Source of the DNA: an uncultured SAR86 cluster bacterium
GTDB taxonomy: Bacteria > Pseudomonadota > Gammaproteobacteria > Magnimaribacterales > D2472
Assembly (NCBI GenBank): GCA_902563835.1
Contig: CACEZB010000006.1
Location: 1,976 to 65,975, forward strand
DNA length: 64,000 nt
Direction: 5' to 3'
This document shows, in pieces, positions 11,809 to 22,782 of the stretch. A model generated the notes under the pieces. The model worked only from the letters and a program-made list of their open reading frames with translations. It was not told where the DNA came from and searched no databases. Every line of letters starts with the position of its first letter. The stretch's first letter is position 1. The position numbers and the translations under genes are program-made.

Positions 11809-12549
11809 CTAAGCTCCGTCAGAAACAATTATATCCTTTTTATTTTTATGTAACATTGATTTTATTTCACCAATTGCTTTGTTAGGGTTAAGGCCTTTTG
11901 GGCATACATTTACACAATTCATAATCCCATGACACCTATAAACACTAAATGGATCAGAAAGAGATTCTAACCTTTCTTGGGTTTTTAAATCTCGTGAATC
12001 TGCAAGAAATCTATATGCTTGAAGTAGTGCTGCTGGACCTACAAACTTATCAGGATTCCACCAAAATGAAGGGCAGCTTGTTGAGCAACAAGCACATAAA
12101 ATACATTCATATAATCCATCTAATTTATCTCTATCTTCTGGAGATTGAAGTCTTTCTTGCTCAGGTGCTGTTGTCTCATTCTGTAAAAATGGTTTAATTT
12201 TTTCATATTGCGAATAAAACTCAGTCATATCGACAACTAAATCTCTTATTACAGGCAACCCAGGTAACGGTCTAAGTTCTATTTTATTTCTTTTAATAAC
12301 TTCTGAAATTGGCGTGATGCATGCAAGCCCATTTTTACCATTAATATTCATTCCATCTGATCCGCATACACCTTCCCTGCAAGATCTTCTATATGATATT
12401 GATTGGTCTTCTTCTTTTAAAAGATTAAGTAAGTCTAAAACCATAATATCTCTTTCAGGCTTGTCGATGATATATTTTTTCATATAAGGAAATTTATCCT
12501 CTTCAGGGTTATATCTGTAAAGACTTATTTCTAATTTATTTCTAAACAT
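11809..12549 (-). CDS. sdhB: Succinate dehydrogenase iron-sulfur subunit
   Basis: 246 aa. 2Fe-2S motif CREGVCGSDGMNING and 4Fe/3Fe motifs CILCACCSTSCP and CHGIMNCVNVCP. Confidence 0.97.
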   Translation of the reverse strand: MFRNKLEISLYRYNPEEDKFPYMKKYIIDKPERDIMVLDLLNLLKEEDQSISYRRSCREGVCGSDGMNINGKNGLACITPISEVIKRNKIELRPLPGLPVIRDLVVDMTEFYSQYEKIKPFLQNETTAPEQERLQSPEDRDKLDGLYECILCACCSTSCPSFWWNPDKFVGPAALLQAYRFLADSRDLKTQERLESLSDPFSVYRCHGIMNCVNVCPKGLNPNKAIGEIKSMLHKNKKDIIVSDGA

Positions 12550-14318
12550 TAATATGTCCTTACTATAGGAGGGAAGGCCTCTACTTTTGATGGATTAAAA
12601 TTTACTTCTCTTTTACTAACTAATTTAGATTTAGGATCAAACATTGTATGGCATAACCAGTTTTCATCATCTCTATCAGGATAGTCATCTCTTGCATGCG
12701 CTCCCCTGCTTTCATTTCTTTCATATGCAGATATTGCGGTTGCCTCTGCTACATCAAATAAATTTTGTAATTCAATTGCTTCCACTCTGCTAGTATTAAA
12801 TGCATCGCTTTTATCAATTAAATGAAGATTATCAACTTTTACCTTTAAATCTTTTAGTTGATCAAGCCCTTGCTTCATAAATTCCCCTCGCCTAAAAACA
12901 CCAAAATAATTTTGCATACATTCTTGAAGTTCTTTTTTGACATCAGCTGTATCAAAGCCTGAATTTGATTCATTTAATTTATTTAGTCTCTCTAATGATG
13001 AATCTATATCGCCTTTAGTTGCTGAAGCAACACCACCACCTGATTTTAATTCTTCCTGTATATGCTTACCGGTAGCTCTCCCAAATACCACGAGATCAAG
13101 CAGGGAATTTCCTCCTAATCTATTTGCACCATGAACCGAAACACATGCCGCTTCACCAACAGAAAATAATCCAGGTATCAAATGATCCTCATTATTTATT
13201 CTTGTATATGCCTGTCCCGATATATTGGTTGGAGTACCTCCCATCATATAGTGACAAGTCGGAACTACAGGTATTGGTTCATAGATAGGGTCTACATGTG
13301 CAAAAGTTCTGGATAATTCACAAATCCCTGGTAATTTAGAATTTAAAACATCAGCGCCTAAATGATCTAATTTTAAGAAAATATGATCATTTTTTTCACC
13401 ACAACCTCTTCCTTCAAGTATCTCAAGCACCATAGATCTAGCCACCACATCTCTTCCAGCAAGATCTTTTACATTTGGTGCATATCTTTCCATAAATCTT
13501 TCACCATCTTTATTTATTAGGTAACCTCCTTCCCCCCTGCAACCTTCAGTAACGAGAGAGCCAGCCCCATAAATGCCAGTAGGATGAAATTGCCACATTT
13601 CCATATCTTGAGCAGGATAGCCAGCCCTTAAAGCCATTGCTAAACCATCTCCTGTATTTATTAATGCGTTAGTGGTTGAGGCATAAATACGTCCAGCCCC
13701 GCCTGTAGCAAGAACTGTTGCTTGAGCTTTTAGATATGCCACTTCTCCATTTTCAATTGAGAAGGCTATAACTCCAGTAACTTCATCTTTTGAATTTTTA
13801 ACTAAATCAACTGCAAACCATTCATTTAAAAAATTTGCTCCTTCTTTTACATTATTTTGATAAAGTGTATGCAACAAAGCATGTCCTGTTCTATCAGCTG
13901 CAGCACATGTTCTAGAGGCTTGGCCTCCTTTTCCAAAATCTTTTGATTGACCTCCAAAAGGTCTTTGATAAATTCTACCATTTTCAAATCTAGAGAAAGG
14001 TAACCCCATATGTTCAAGCTCAAAAACAGCCTTTGGACCTTCTGAACATAGATACTCTATAGCATCTTGGTCTCCTATAAAATCAGCGCCCTTTACAGTG
14101 TCATACATATGCCACCTCCAATCATCATTTGGATCAGCACTTGCAATAGCACATGTTATCCCTCCTTGAGCAGAAACAGTATGAGACCTTGTTGGGAAAA
14201 CTTTTGAAACAACAGCAGTCTTTAGGCCTGACTTTGCTAATTCAAGGGATGCGCGCATGCCTGAGCCACCCCCACCAATTATCAATGCGTCATATTCAAT
14301 AGTATTTATATTATTCAT
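12549..14318 (-). CDS. sdhA: Succinate dehydrogenase flavoprotein subunit
   Basis: 589 aa. GGGGSGMRA dinucleotide fold, [10 protein letters not shown] (covalent FAD histidine region), and HPTG and HGANRLG motifs. Confidence 0.97.
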   Translation of the reverse strand: MNNINTIEYDALIIGGGGSGMRASLELAKSGLKTAVVSKVFPTRSHTVSAQGGITCAIASADPNDDWRWHMYDTVKGADFIGDQDAIEYLCSEGPKAVFELEHMGLPFSRFENGRIYQRPFGGQSKDFGKGGQASRTCAAADRTGHALLHTLYQNNVKEGANFLNEWFAVDLVKNSKDEVTGVIAFSIENGEVAYLKAQATVLATGGAGRIYASTTNALINTGDGLAMALRAGYPAQDMEMWQFHPTGIYGAGSLVTEGCRGEGGYLINKDGERFMERYAPNVKDLAGRDVVARSMVLEILEGRGCGEKNDHIFLKLDHLGADVLNSKLPGICELSRTFAHVDPIYEPIPVVPTCHYMMGGTPTNISGQAYTRINNEDHLIPGLFSVGEAACVSVHGANRLGGNSLLDLVVFGRATGKHIQEELKSGGGVASATKGDIDSSLERLNKLNESNSGFDTADVKKELQECMQNYFGVFRRGEFMKQGLDQLKDLKVKVDNLHLIDKSDAFNTSRVEAIELQNLFDVAEATAISAYERNESRGAHARDDYPDRDDENWLCHTMFDPKSKLVSKREVNFNPSKVEAFPPIVRTY

Positions 14319-14356
14319 TATTATTAATAATAATTATAATTATATATCATTATAAC

Positions 14357-14716
14357 TTATAACCATATTATATATAAAATAACCATTAAATAAAAAATAC
14401 CTAACGTTACAAAAAAGATAAAATATAGATTTCTTAGTAACCCTGCTCTTTTTGCTAATGATTTATTTAAAAAACCTAAGGTTCGTTCTGTTAAATAATC
14501 TGTACCAACAGTCCATAAGCCAACATATGAATGCGCAACTATCATTAAAAAAACAATTGTTGTGGAAACTTTAAATTTATAAGAAAAAAAGAAATTTGAT
14601 AAAATAGAAAAGTTTATTTCATCACTAATAATAAAAAAACTAACAATATAAATAAAATATGCAAAGATAAATAAAGCACTATATCTTTGTATATTCCATA
14701 GTATTGAGCCTTTCAT
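14357..14716 (-). CDS. sdhD: Succinate dehydrogenase membrane anchor subunit
   Basis: The track ORF (to 14863) overlaps sdhC by 150 nt. The internal ATG at 14714-14716 forms an ATGA overlap with the sdhC stop. It gives a 119-aa, 3-TM protein (MKGSILWNIQRYSALF...AHSYVGLWTVGTDY), which is the normal SdhD size. Confidence 0.85.
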   Translation of the reverse strand: MKGSILWNIQRYSALFIFAYFIYIVSFFIISDEINFSILSNFFFSYKFKVSTTIVFLMIVAHSYVGLWTVGTDYLTERTLGFLNKSLAKRAGLLRNLYFIFFVTLGIFYLMVILYIIWL

Positions 14717-15093
14717 ATAAATAAATACCCTAAATAGCCTATAGAAGTTAATACCCAAATAGAAATAACAATAATTGATGAATAATGGGCGTCCTTCAAT
14801 GATTCTCCAACATGAAATAGATCCATAATAAGATGTCTTACACCAGTTAAGATGTGATACCAAAAAATTGACACACTAATAAAGACAGAAACTGAAAAAA
14901 AAGACACTATGGTTAGATTTTCAATAAGTGCATTAAAACGCCATTCATATTTTAGCGAACTAATAATTACTAAAAATAATGGTAATGTTATAAAAAAAAC
15001 ATACATTCCAGATAATCTATGAGTAATGGATAAAAAAGCTGGCAGCGGCAAGCTGATTTTAGTCAAATCAAGATATACTGGCCTTTCTTGCAT
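14713..15093 (-). CDS. sdhC: Succinate dehydrogenase cytochrome b556 subunit
   Basis: 126 aa. RPVYLDL...SITHRLSG heme-ligand motif, 3 TM segments, first gene of sdhCDAB. Confidence 0.92.
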   Translation of the reverse strand: MQERPVYLDLTKISLPLPAFLSITHRLSGMYVFFITLPLFLVIISSLKYEWRFNALIENLTIVSFFSVSVFISVSIFWYHILTGVRHLIMDLFHVGESLKDAHYSSIIVISIWVLTSIGYLGYLFI

Positions 15094-15190
15094 TGTGTGC
15101 TTTAGTTATAAATATCAATAATTTATTGTTACTGATTTCAATTATACAGCAGATTCTATATATAGATTAGTCAATAATATCTATTAAATA

Positions 15191-16576
15191 TTATTTCTTT
15201 GTCTTCTTGTTATGTTTAATTAGGCGTTGTCTTTTTTTAATCTGCCTATCTGTCAATTTATTTTTATTGCCCTCATAGGGGTTATCAGCTTTTCTAAAAA
15301 GTAATTTTAATTGGATGCTTTCAAGTCCTAATTTTGATCTAAAAGAATTTTCTAGATATTTTTTATAATTGTTAGGAATTTTCTTATCTTGATTAGCATG
15401 GATAATTAAAGTTGTTGGGCAAGTTCCTCCAAAATGAACATGTTTGAATTTAAGTTGTCTTCCTTTGAGTGCTGGCGGAGAGCTTAATGATATAAATTTT
15501 TTTAATAATCTATTAAGCATTGAGGTTGTAAATTTTTGTTGAGAAGTATCAATTAATTCATTAGTTAATTGGAAAAGCTTCTTAAACCCTTTCTTTTTAA
15601 TTGCTGATATCTCAACTTTTACAAGATTTGATATAAATTCAGATTGCATTTTTTTTGATTTATATAGCTTCTCTAAATTATTTTTTGAAATTAGATCAAT
15701 CTTATTTAGAGCGAATAAAACTGGCTTACCGTTTTCAATAATCATATTTAATATTTTTAAATCCTGGTCAACAAGACCTTCTTGCGCATCGCACATAAAA
15801 ATTACAATGTCGCTTTGCTCGATCGCATGCATAGCTCTAACATAAGAAAAATATTCAATCTTGTGATTATATTTATAACCCTTCCTAATTCCGGCCGTAT
15901 CAATAAATATAAATTGTTGCTTATTAAATTCAAAGGGTATGCTTATAGCATCAATAGTTGTTCCAGCTATTTCGCTTACTATTAATCTATCTTCATTAAT
16001 AAATTTATTTATAAAAGTTGATTTACCGGCGTTTGGTCTTCCAAGAATAGCCACTTTTTTCCCATCTTGAATATCCATATAATTATTTGGAACTTTTTCT
16101 TCAAGATAAGATTTGAGTATATTTAAATTCTTAGAATGCTCAGCACTAATTTCAATAAAATTATCAATCCCATTTTTTAAAAGATCTTCTTTAATTAAAG
16201 AATCAGATTTTTTATCAATTTTGTTAAGAACAGGTAAAAACTCTTTATTTAATTTTCTTAATTTATAAACAATCTCAATATCTTCTTTATTTAGTTCTTC
16301 GGAGCTATCAAATAATAAAATTATTAAAGAGGATTCTTCAACAGCTATCCAGGCCTGATTAGAAATTGCTTGTTTAATCTTCTCTTTCTCATTTCCAATC
16401 CCGCCTGTATCTATTATTAAAGTTTTCTTATTCTTTAAATTTATAAATCCATGATTTCTGTCTTTAGTTAGGCCAGCATAATCAGAGACAATTGCATCTC
16501 TTGATTTTGTTAATTTATTAAATAAGGAAGATTTACCTACGTTCGGACGCCCTATTATTGCTATTGAAGTAAACAT
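15191..16576 (-). CDS. der: Ribosome-associated GTPase Der (EngA)
   Basis: 461 aa with two tandem GTPase domains (GRPNVGKSSLFN...DTGG; GRPNAGKSTFIN...DTAG...NKID), a KH-like C-terminus and a basic tail. Confidence 0.95.
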   Translation of the reverse strand: MFTSIAIIGRPNVGKSSLFNKLTKSRDAIVSDYAGLTKDRNHGFINLKNKKTLIIDTGGIGNEKEKIKQAISNQAWIAVEESSLIILLFDSSEELNKEDIEIVYKLRKLNKEFLPVLNKIDKKSDSLIKEDLLKNGIDNFIEISAEHSKNLNILKSYLEEKVPNNYMDIQDGKKVAILGRPNAGKSTFINKFINEDRLIVSEIAGTTIDAISIPFEFNKQQFIFIDTAGIRKGYKYNHKIEYFSYVRAMHAIEQSDIVIFMCDAQEGLVDQDLKILNMIIENGKPVLFALNKIDLISKNNLEKLYKSKKMQSEFISNLVKVEISAIKKKGFKKLFQLTNELIDTSQQKFTTSMLNRLLKKFISLSSPPALKGRQLKFKHVHFGGTCPTTLIIHANQDKKIPNNYKKYLENSFRSKLGLESIQLKLLFRKADNPYEGNKNKLTDRQIKKRQRLIKHNKKTKK

Positions 16577-16590
16577 TTTTATAACTCATT

Positions 16591-17751
16591 TTATATGTTT
16601 AAAGCGAATAAATTAAATTCTTCATCAATAGCATAAAAGCTATTACTTCTACTGATTAGGGTTTTAATAGGCTGTTTTGAAATTTTTTCTCTTGCTATGG
16701 TTATTCCATTTAATGGATCAAGAACATGTATATACCCTTCAAAATCTCCAAAGATTAAATTACCTTTAAAACTTATTGCATTTGAAATATCTCTATTTAA
16801 ATAATCTTCAAGAGCCCATGAGTCTTCAAGGGTTTTTGATGTAAAAGATTTAACACCTGAATTTGATTCTATAACAATTATCATTCCACGAGTAATTACT
16901 GGTGGAAAAAATGATGAAATATCATGTGACCAAATTGATCTTTTTTGAGATATATCAAAGATATTGAGTTTCCCTTGGTAATTAGTTGTATAGATGAGTC
17001 CCCCTGCTATTAAAGGACTAGAATCAGCATCTATAAGATTTTCTAACTCAGATGATCCACTAACATATGAAATAGCTCCATCCCAAATTGGGAAGCCAGA
17101 GTCTAATTCAAACACTCCAAGCCTTCCATTATCAAATGAAACGTAAACTTTATTATCAAAAATTACTGGGCTACTGCTTCCTCTAATAGTAAGAGTAGGT
17201 AATTTTGACCTATAAGACCATAAAATTTCACCAGTTTTACTATCTAAACTTAATAGCTCTCCAGACCCACTTTTCACAACAACCGCTTTTGCATCAATTG
17301 CTACGCTGCTTAGAATTTCACTCTTAACATTTGTAGACCATAACTCAGACCCATCATTAATATTTAAAGCTATAACATTCCCTTTTATATCTGAAATAAC
17401 AACTATTCCAAATCCAGCTGCTGTGCCTGATGCCAGTGCATCTAATTCTATTTCCCAATTTTTAGATCCGCTCATTACATCCATGGAAGTAACCGTCCCC
17501 TCTGCGTCTGAAAAGTATAAATTTCCTGAACTAAATGCAGGTACAAAATTACCTAAGTCATTATTTCCACTAAATGAATGTTTCCAAGATATTGAAATAT
17601 TTTTTTGTTCTGAGAAAGAAATCAATTCTCTTGGTTCATCAGGATCAATCTCATCACTTTTCCAAAACCTTAGCCCATCAGAAGATGCGCAAGAGCTTAT
17701 AAGAAAGCCAAGTTGTAATAATATAAAGAGTTGGATTGATTTTATTTTCAA
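16591..17751 (-). CDS. bamB: Outer membrane protein assembly factor BamB
   Basis: 386 aa. Lipoprotein signal with lipobox FLISSC and repeated PQQ-like beta-propeller blades. der-bamB-yfgM-hisS order is conserved in gammaproteobacteria. Confidence 0.85.
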   Translation of the reverse strand: MKIKSIQLFILLQLGFLISSCASSDGLRFWKSDEIDPDEPRELISFSEQKNISISWKHSFSGNNDLGNFVPAFSSGNLYFSDAEGTVTSMDVMSGSKNWEIELDALASGTAAGFGIVVISDIKGNVIALNINDGSELWSTNVKSEILSSVAIDAKAVVVKSGSGELLSLDSKTGEILWSYRSKLPTLTIRGSSSPVIFDNKVYVSFDNGRLGVFELDSGFPIWDGAISYVSGSSELENLIDADSSPLIAGGLIYTTNYQGKLNIFDISQKRSIWSHDISSFFPPVITRGMIIVIESNSGVKSFTSKTLEDSWALEDYLNRDISNAISFKGNLIFGDFEGYIHVLDPLNGITIAREKISKQPIKTLISRSNSFYAIDEEFNLFALNI

Positions 17752-17753
17752 TT

Positions 17754-18398
17754 TTAGATACCCAGGTTTGCTATTTTCATAGAAATAATTGATTTAGAAG
17801 CTTCATCAGAATACTTATCTGATGCTAATTCATATTGAGCTAAAGCTAATTCATTCTTATTTTTCTTAACTAATATATCTCCCGTTAATTCATGAATATA
17901 TGCATTAGTAGATGAAGATGAATATTTTTCAATCAAGTTAAGAGCCTTATCATATTCTTGATTTGATATATGAATTCTTGCAGCATTTACTCTTGCTAAT
18001 TTATTAAAGATTTTATTACCATTAAAACCATCGGTTATTGAAATTAAATCATAATAATTTTTTAATGCGCTTGAGAAGTTTTTATTATTAGCATCTAAAC
18101 TTGCCTTTTTTAATAACGCAACTTGGGTATAACCAGTTTTACCATAATCTGTTAACAAGTTTTGAACAAGATCATTTATTTTTTCTATATCTTGATTTTC
18201 TAGTTCTATCTCAAGAAGTAAATTTTTATAAATTTTTGCTGCATTCTCATGATTTTGTTTTGAAATCTGGTTTGATATAACAATATATGTGGCTGCTACT
18301 AATATTAAGGATAATATAAAAATTATTGACTTCTTGTATTTGTCCAAAAATTTTAGCAGAGGTACAAATCTCATATTATTTTCATAAACATTATTCAT
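17754..18398 (-). CDS. yfgM: YfgM-like membrane-anchored TPR protein (ancillary SecYEG subunit family)
   Basis: 214 aa with a single N-terminal TM and a TPR-like helical C-terminal region. Conserved position between hisS and bamB. Confidence 0.65.
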   Translation of the reverse strand: MNNVYENNMRFVPLLKFLDKYKKSIIFILSLILVAATYIVISNQISKQNHENAAKIYKNLLLEIELENQDIEKINDLVQNLLTDYGKTGYTQVALLKKASLDANNKNFSSALKNYYDLISITDGFNGNKIFNKLARVNAARIHISNQEYDKALNLIEKYSSSSTNAYIHELTGDILVKKNKNELALAQYELASDKYSDEASKSIISMKIANLGI

Positions 18399-18416
18399 AT
18401 AGATTCCTGTTTCCTG

Positions 18417-19685
18417 TTATACAATTGATTTTATAAAATCATGCAATTCATCAAGCTTCATGTTGGATTGTTCAGAATTTTCATCTAATAATGACTTAAC
18501 AATAACTGTATCTGATTTTAACTCCTCTTCTCCAACTATTAGAGCATATGAGGCATTATCCTTATTTGCCCTTCTTAATTTAGATTTTAAGCTACCTTCA
18601 GATAGCTGAATATCTAGATTAAGCTTTTTATTCACAGATCTTAAATCGTGCGCTATTTTATATGCTTTTTGCTCAATTTTGCTAGATAAAATTATAAAAG
18701 ATACTAAAGTTTTATTAATTTCATTTGTATTGGTTATACTTGCCAATCTCTCTATACCGATTGCCATTCCAATTGCTGGAAGATTTTTACCACCCAATTG
18801 AGAACAAAGATTATCATACCTTCCACCTCCTAAGTATGCATCCTGGGCTCCAAGTTCTGGGGAAATAGCCTCAAAGACAAAACCTGTGTAATAATCCAAT
18901 CCTCTAACCAATTTATGATCAATTTCAATATTACAATCATTTGAAAATGTATCTCTTATTAAATCTAATAAATCTAAAGACTCTTGGGGAAGATGGTCAG
19001 ATATTTTTGGTGCTTCCTTTAGAATATTTTGTGTTTCAGAATTTTTAGAATCTAGAATTCGTAATGGGTTTCTATCCAATCTTTCTAGATCTTTTTTATC
19101 TAGTTTTGATGAGAAAGGTTTTAGATAACTCACAAGCTCCTTACAAAATAAATTTTTATATTCATTATTTCCTAGATGATTAATTTTAATTACTGAATTT
19201 TGAATTTCTAATTGTTTATTGATTGAACAGATTAAAGAAATCATTTCTAATTCAGCTAGACCTTCTTCATATCCCAAAATTTCAATTCCAGCTTGATAAA
19301 ATTGTCTATATCTTCCTTTTTGTGGCCTTTCATATCTCCACATTGGTCCTAGATACCATAATCTATGAGCATCTCCATCAATCTTTTTTTCAATTATTGA
19401 TCTAATAACACCTGCTGTACCTTCAGGCCTAAGTACAATTCTTTTGTCATTTTTATCCAAGAACGAATATAGTTCCTTGTTTACAATATCAGAGCTATCG
19501 CCCACAGATCTTTTAAATAGATTTTCATCCTCTAATGCTGGGGTTCTTATTTCTGATAAACAATAACTTTCAAAAATATTTCTAAGAACTTTCTCTACAA
19601 AGAAAATTCTATTAGACACTTCGCTTTTGTCTGTCTTCTTGCCAACCAAATCCATCATGCCTGTTAATGAATGAATTTTTTCCAA
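18417..19685 (-). CDS. hisS: Histidine--tRNA ligase
   Basis: 422 aa. Class II motifs (LRPEGTAGVIR, YRYERPQKGRYRQFYQ, GGGRYD, GMAIGIERL). Confidence 0.96.
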   Translation of the reverse strand: MEKIHSLTGMMDLVGKKTDKSEVSNRIFFVEKVLRNIFESYCLSEIRTPALEDENLFKRSVGDSSDIVNKELYSFLDKNDKRIVLRPEGTAGVIRSIIEKKIDGDAHRLWYLGPMWRYERPQKGRYRQFYQAGIEILGYEEGLAELEMISLICSINKQLEIQNSVIKINHLGNNEYKNLFCKELVSYLKPFSSKLDKKDLERLDRNPLRILDSKNSETQNILKEAPKISDHLPQESLDLLDLIRDTFSNDCNIEIDHKLVRGLDYYTGFVFEAISPELGAQDAYLGGGRYDNLCSQLGGKNLPAIGMAIGIERLASITNTNEINKTLVSFIILSSKIEQKAYKIAHDLRSVNKKLNLDIQLSEGSLKSKLRRANKDNASYALIVGEEELKSDTVIVKSLLDENSEQSNMKLDELHDFIKSIV

Positions 19686-19686
19686 T

Positions 19687-20796
19687 TTAACTCCTTAATA
19701 TAATTTTTTCAGATTCGTTTTTATTTTTAAGTATCTTTTCTCTGACTTGTTCTTCTAGCTCATCTACAAGATTGTCGTTTGAAATTTTTTTATTAGGAGA
19801 GCCATCAACATATAAAAGATTGCTTGGAGTAGCTCCTGTTAATCCAATGTCTGCAGCCTTGCTCTCTCCTGGTCCATTCACATAACATCCAATAATTGCT
19901 ACTTCTATATCTTCAGAAACATCTTCAAGTCTCTGCTCAAGCTCATTGACTACTTTGATAACATTAAAATTTTGTCTTGAACAGCTTGGACAAGCAACAA
20001 TCTTGACCCCCCTACTTCTTATATTTAAACTTTTTAGGATATCCCATCCAATTTTAATTTCATCAACAGGGTCTGATGCCAAAGATATTCTAATTGTGTC
20101 ACCAATTCCTTCTGAAAGTAGCATTCCAACACCAATAGATGATTTAACTGTACCAGCCCTAAAACTTCCTGCTTCAGTAATTCCTAGATGTAGAGGCTGA
20201 TCAATCAGATTTGATATTTTGCGATATGCATCAACTGTCATCTCTATATTTGAAGCTTTAAGACTCATCTTGTAGTTATCAAAATTAAACTTATCTAATA
20301 TTTCTACATGCCTTAAAGCTGATTCTACTAAAGCATCTGCATTAGGTTCTCCATACTTTTTTTGTAAATCTTTTTCTAAAGATCCTGCATTTACTCCAAC
20401 CCTTATTGGAACATTATTATCAATAGCTGCACTAATTACTTCCTTAACTCTATCTTCTTTACCAATATTTCCTGGATTTATTCTTAAACAATCTGCAGTA
20501 TCAGCAACCTCTAGAGCTATTTTGTAATCAAAATGTATATCAGCTACTAGTGGAATCTTGGATAATTTTTTAATTTCTTTAAATGCTTTAGCTTCATCAA
20601 ATCCTGGAACCGAAACCCTCACTATATCTGCACCGGCATCCTCTAAGTCTTTTATTTGATTGACTGTCGAAACAACATCGCAGGTGTTCGTATTTGTCAT
20701 TGATTGAATTGATATTGGATTATCTCCTCCAACAAGAACCCCGCCGACATTAACAACTTTTGTTTTTTTTCTTTTAATCCAACTTGTCATAATCAA
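19687..20796 (-). CDS. ispG: 4-hydroxy-3-methylbut-2-en-1-yl diphosphate synthase
   Basis: 369 aa. Conserved IspG blocks ([35 protein letters not shown]). Confidence 0.96.
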   Translation of the reverse strand: MIMTSWIKRKKTKVVNVGGVLVGGDNPISIQSMTNTNTCDVVSTVNQIKDLEDAGADIVRVSVPGFDEAKAFKEIKKLSKIPLVADIHFDYKIALEVADTADCLRINPGNIGKEDRVKEVISAAIDNNVPIRVGVNAGSLEKDLQKKYGEPNADALVESALRHVEILDKFNFDNYKMSLKASNIEMTVDAYRKISNLIDQPLHLGITEAGSFRAGTVKSSIGVGMLLSEGIGDTIRISLASDPVDEIKIGWDILKSLNIRSRGVKIVACPSCSRQNFNVIKVVNELEQRLEDVSEDIEVAIIGCYVNGPGESKAADIGLTGATPSNLLYVDGSPNKKISNDNLVDELEEQVREKILKNKNESEKIILRS

Positions 20797-20854
20797 AAAT
20801 TATTCTCTTTGATATTAAGTCTATTAGCATTAAATATAAAATCAATATGATCTT

Positions 20855-21238
20855 TTATATATAACTGAAAAATAGGCTGATTAAGGCTAAAGAAGAGAAA
20901 ATTATAATAATATAAAATAAATATGTGTTTTCATTAATTGTTTTATTAATCTTTGTCTCTATTTTTTTCTTTATTTGTGAATTAACTTTATCTCGACTAT
21001 ATATATTTGGGAATGTTGGTTTTATTTTTAAAAAATCAGAATATTTTTTAAAATATGCTCTAGCAAATGATTCGCTTGGAAAAGCTGCATAATCGCCTGT
21101 TTCTATTGCTTTAATATATATAATATTTATATACGTAGAACTATTAATCTCTTCAATACTAAGGCCTAATTTTTCTCTTGTTTGAGAGAACTTTCTTCCA
21201 ACCTTTGCTGAGCTTGCTGACTTCAGATATTTGCTCAT
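20855..21238 (-). CDS. rodZ: RodZ-like HTH membrane protein, truncated form (HTH plus C-terminal TM only)
   Basis: 127 aa. XRE-type HTH region (FSQTREKLGLSIEEINSSTYINIIYIKAIETGDY) and a single TM at the extreme C-terminus. It occupies the rodZ slot between rlmN and ispG. Confidence 0.55.
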   Translation of the reverse strand: MSKYLKSASSAKVGRKFSQTREKLGLSIEEINSSTYINIIYIKAIETGDYAAFPSESFARAYFKKYSDFLKIKPTFPNIYSRDKVNSQIKKKIETKINKTINENTYLFYIIIIFSSLALISLFFSYI

Positions 21239-22317
21239 ACTATTGTCTCATGTGAAATTAATTTTTTACCTTTTATTGATTTCCTTAAATTTCCAACTAA
21301 TTGGCCACAAGCACCATCAACATCATCTCCTCTTGTCATCCTAAGAGTAGCAATATAACCCTTTTTCATAAGAAAATCTTTAAAATCGCTAATCTTATCA
21401 TTTGACGGTCTTTTATATTCACACCCATCAAATTTATTAAAAGGTATTAAATTAATCTTACAAGAAATGTTAGTTAAAAGTTTTGATAACTGCTTAGCAT
21501 GTGCAATAGAATCATTTACGCCATCAATTAATATATATTCAATGGTTATATTTCTCTTATTATCATAATTCAATAAATAATTCTTACATGAATTCATAAG
21601 GGAATTTATTGGGTATTTCTTATTTATTGGAACAATTTCATCTCTTAAACTGTTATCGGCTGAATGTAATGATATTGCTAATGAAACATCAACAGAATCT
21701 GCTAGTTTATCTATTTGTGGAACTATTCCTGAAGTACTAATTGTTACTCTCTTGCGAGATAATCCATAAGCTAATTGATGTTTCATTATTTTTGCTGACT
21801 CAACAACTGCATCAAAATTTAGCAAAGGTTCTCCCATACCCATAAAAACAACATTTGTTATAAGGTTTTTATTTTTTTTATGGAAATTGGCTAACCATAA
21901 TTGACCTATAATTTCATCGCTAGTTAAATCTTTTTCAAATCCTTGGGCGCCGGTTGCACAAAATGTGCATTGCAGTGCGCAGCCAGCTTGAGAAGACACA
22001 CATAAAGTTCTTCTATTCTTTTCTGGTATTTCTACCATTTCAATCATTGATCCAGATTCTAATTCTATTAGGTACTTTACAGTCCCCTCATTCGATTGAT
22101 ATTTTTTATGAATTAATGGAGGTTTTAAACATGCAACAGAACTAAGTTTTTTCCTAAGATCTTTATTAAAATCTGTCATTAATCCAAAATCTAGTATGCC
22201 CTTTTGGTGAACCCATTTTAATAATTGTTTGGCTCTAAATTTTGATTCATTTATTTCGGAAAAAAAAAGTTCAAGTGATTCTAATGAATATCCTAAAATA
22301 TTTTTTTTTATATGCAA
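21235..22317 (-). CDS. rlmN: 23S rRNA/tRNA adenine-C2 methyltransferase, radical SAM
   Basis: 360 aa. Radical-SAM motif CVSSQAGCALQCTFCATG plus the MGMGEPL motif and the C-terminal catalytic Cys (DGACGQL). TTG start at 22315-22317. Confidence 0.94.
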   Translation of the reverse strand: MHIKKNILGYSLESLELFFSEINESKFRAKQLLKWVHQKGILDFGLMTDFNKDLRKKLSSVACLKPPLIHKKYQSNEGTVKYLIELESGSMIEMVEIPEKNRRTLCVSSQAGCALQCTFCATGAQGFEKDLTSDEIIGQLWLANFHKKNKNLITNVVFMGMGEPLLNFDAVVESAKIMKHQLAYGLSRKRVTISTSGIVPQIDKLADSVDVSLAISLHSADNSLRDEIVPINKKYPINSLMNSCKNYLLNYDNKRNITIEYILIDGVNDSIAHAKQLSKLLTNISCKINLIPFNKFDGCEYKRPSNDKISDFKDFLMKKGYIATLRMTRGDDVDGACGQLVGNLRKSIKGKKLISHETIV

Positions 22318-22318
22318 T

Positions 22319-22744
22319 TTACTTATTTAATATCTCTTCTTCTGAAAAAAAATATTCGATCTCCCTTTTAGCGCTAACTGCTGAATCAGACCCATGGACA
22401 GCATTAGCATCAATACTATTAGCAAAGTCTGCTCTTATGGTTCCAGGTAAAGCTTCTTGAGGGTTTGTATTTCCCATAAGTTCTCTATTTTTTTGAATTG
22501 CATTTTCTCCTTCTAAAACTTGAACAAATACTGGGCCTGATGTCATAAATTTCTTTAAATCTTCAAAAAAAGGTTTGCCATCATGCTCTGCATAAAATCC
22601 TGAAGCCATTTCATCTGATAAATGAAGTAATTTACCTGCAACAAGATAAAGGCCATTCTCCTCAAAACGAGAAATAATTTGTCCTATTACATTCTTACCC
22701 ACAGCATCTGGTTTAATAATTGATAAGGTTTTTTCTATAGTCAT
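22319..22744 (-). CDS. ndk: Nucleoside diphosphate kinase
   Basis: 141 aa. [10 protein letters not shown] and NAVHGSDS (active-site His) motifs. Confidence 0.97.
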   Translation of the reverse strand: MTIEKTLSIIKPDAVGKNVIGQIISRFEENGLYLVAGKLLHLSDEMASGFYAEHDGKPFFEDLKKFMTSGPVFVQVLEGENAIQKNRELMGNTNPQEALPGTIRADFANSIDANAVHGSDSAVSAKREIEYFFSEEEILNK

Positions 22745-22782
22745 ACAATTGCCTTAAAATTTAATTCGCTATTATATTAAAG

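Noticed and set aside
14319-14356. Nearly pure A/T spacer between sdhD and sdhA that superficially resembles a Fur box (aataataattataattat).
   Set aside because: Any AT-only stretch in a genome of about 30% GC resembles the Fur consensus. The location is intra-operonic, between two cotranscribed genes.
14717-14863. 49-codon N-terminal extension of the sdhD ORF overlapping sdhC.
   Set aside because: The extension is out-of-frame read-through of sdhC sequence. The internal ATG forming an ATGA junction with the sdhC stop gives a normal 119-aa SdhD.
15132-15149. LexA-like half sites TACTG...TACAG upstream of sdhC.
   Set aside because: CTG and CAG are separated by 12 nt instead of the required 10 (CTGT-N8-ACAG). 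It is therefore not a valid SOS box, and an SOS-regulated sdh operon is biologically implausible.
22301-22309. Homopolymer runs (A9/T9 at the rlmN 5' end; similar runs in rplI, perM and ddl) as candidate phase-variation sites.
   Set aside because: Runs of 8-10 A or T are expected by chance in Lys/Phe-rich genes of an AT-rich genome. They occur in essential housekeeping genes where phase variation is implausible.
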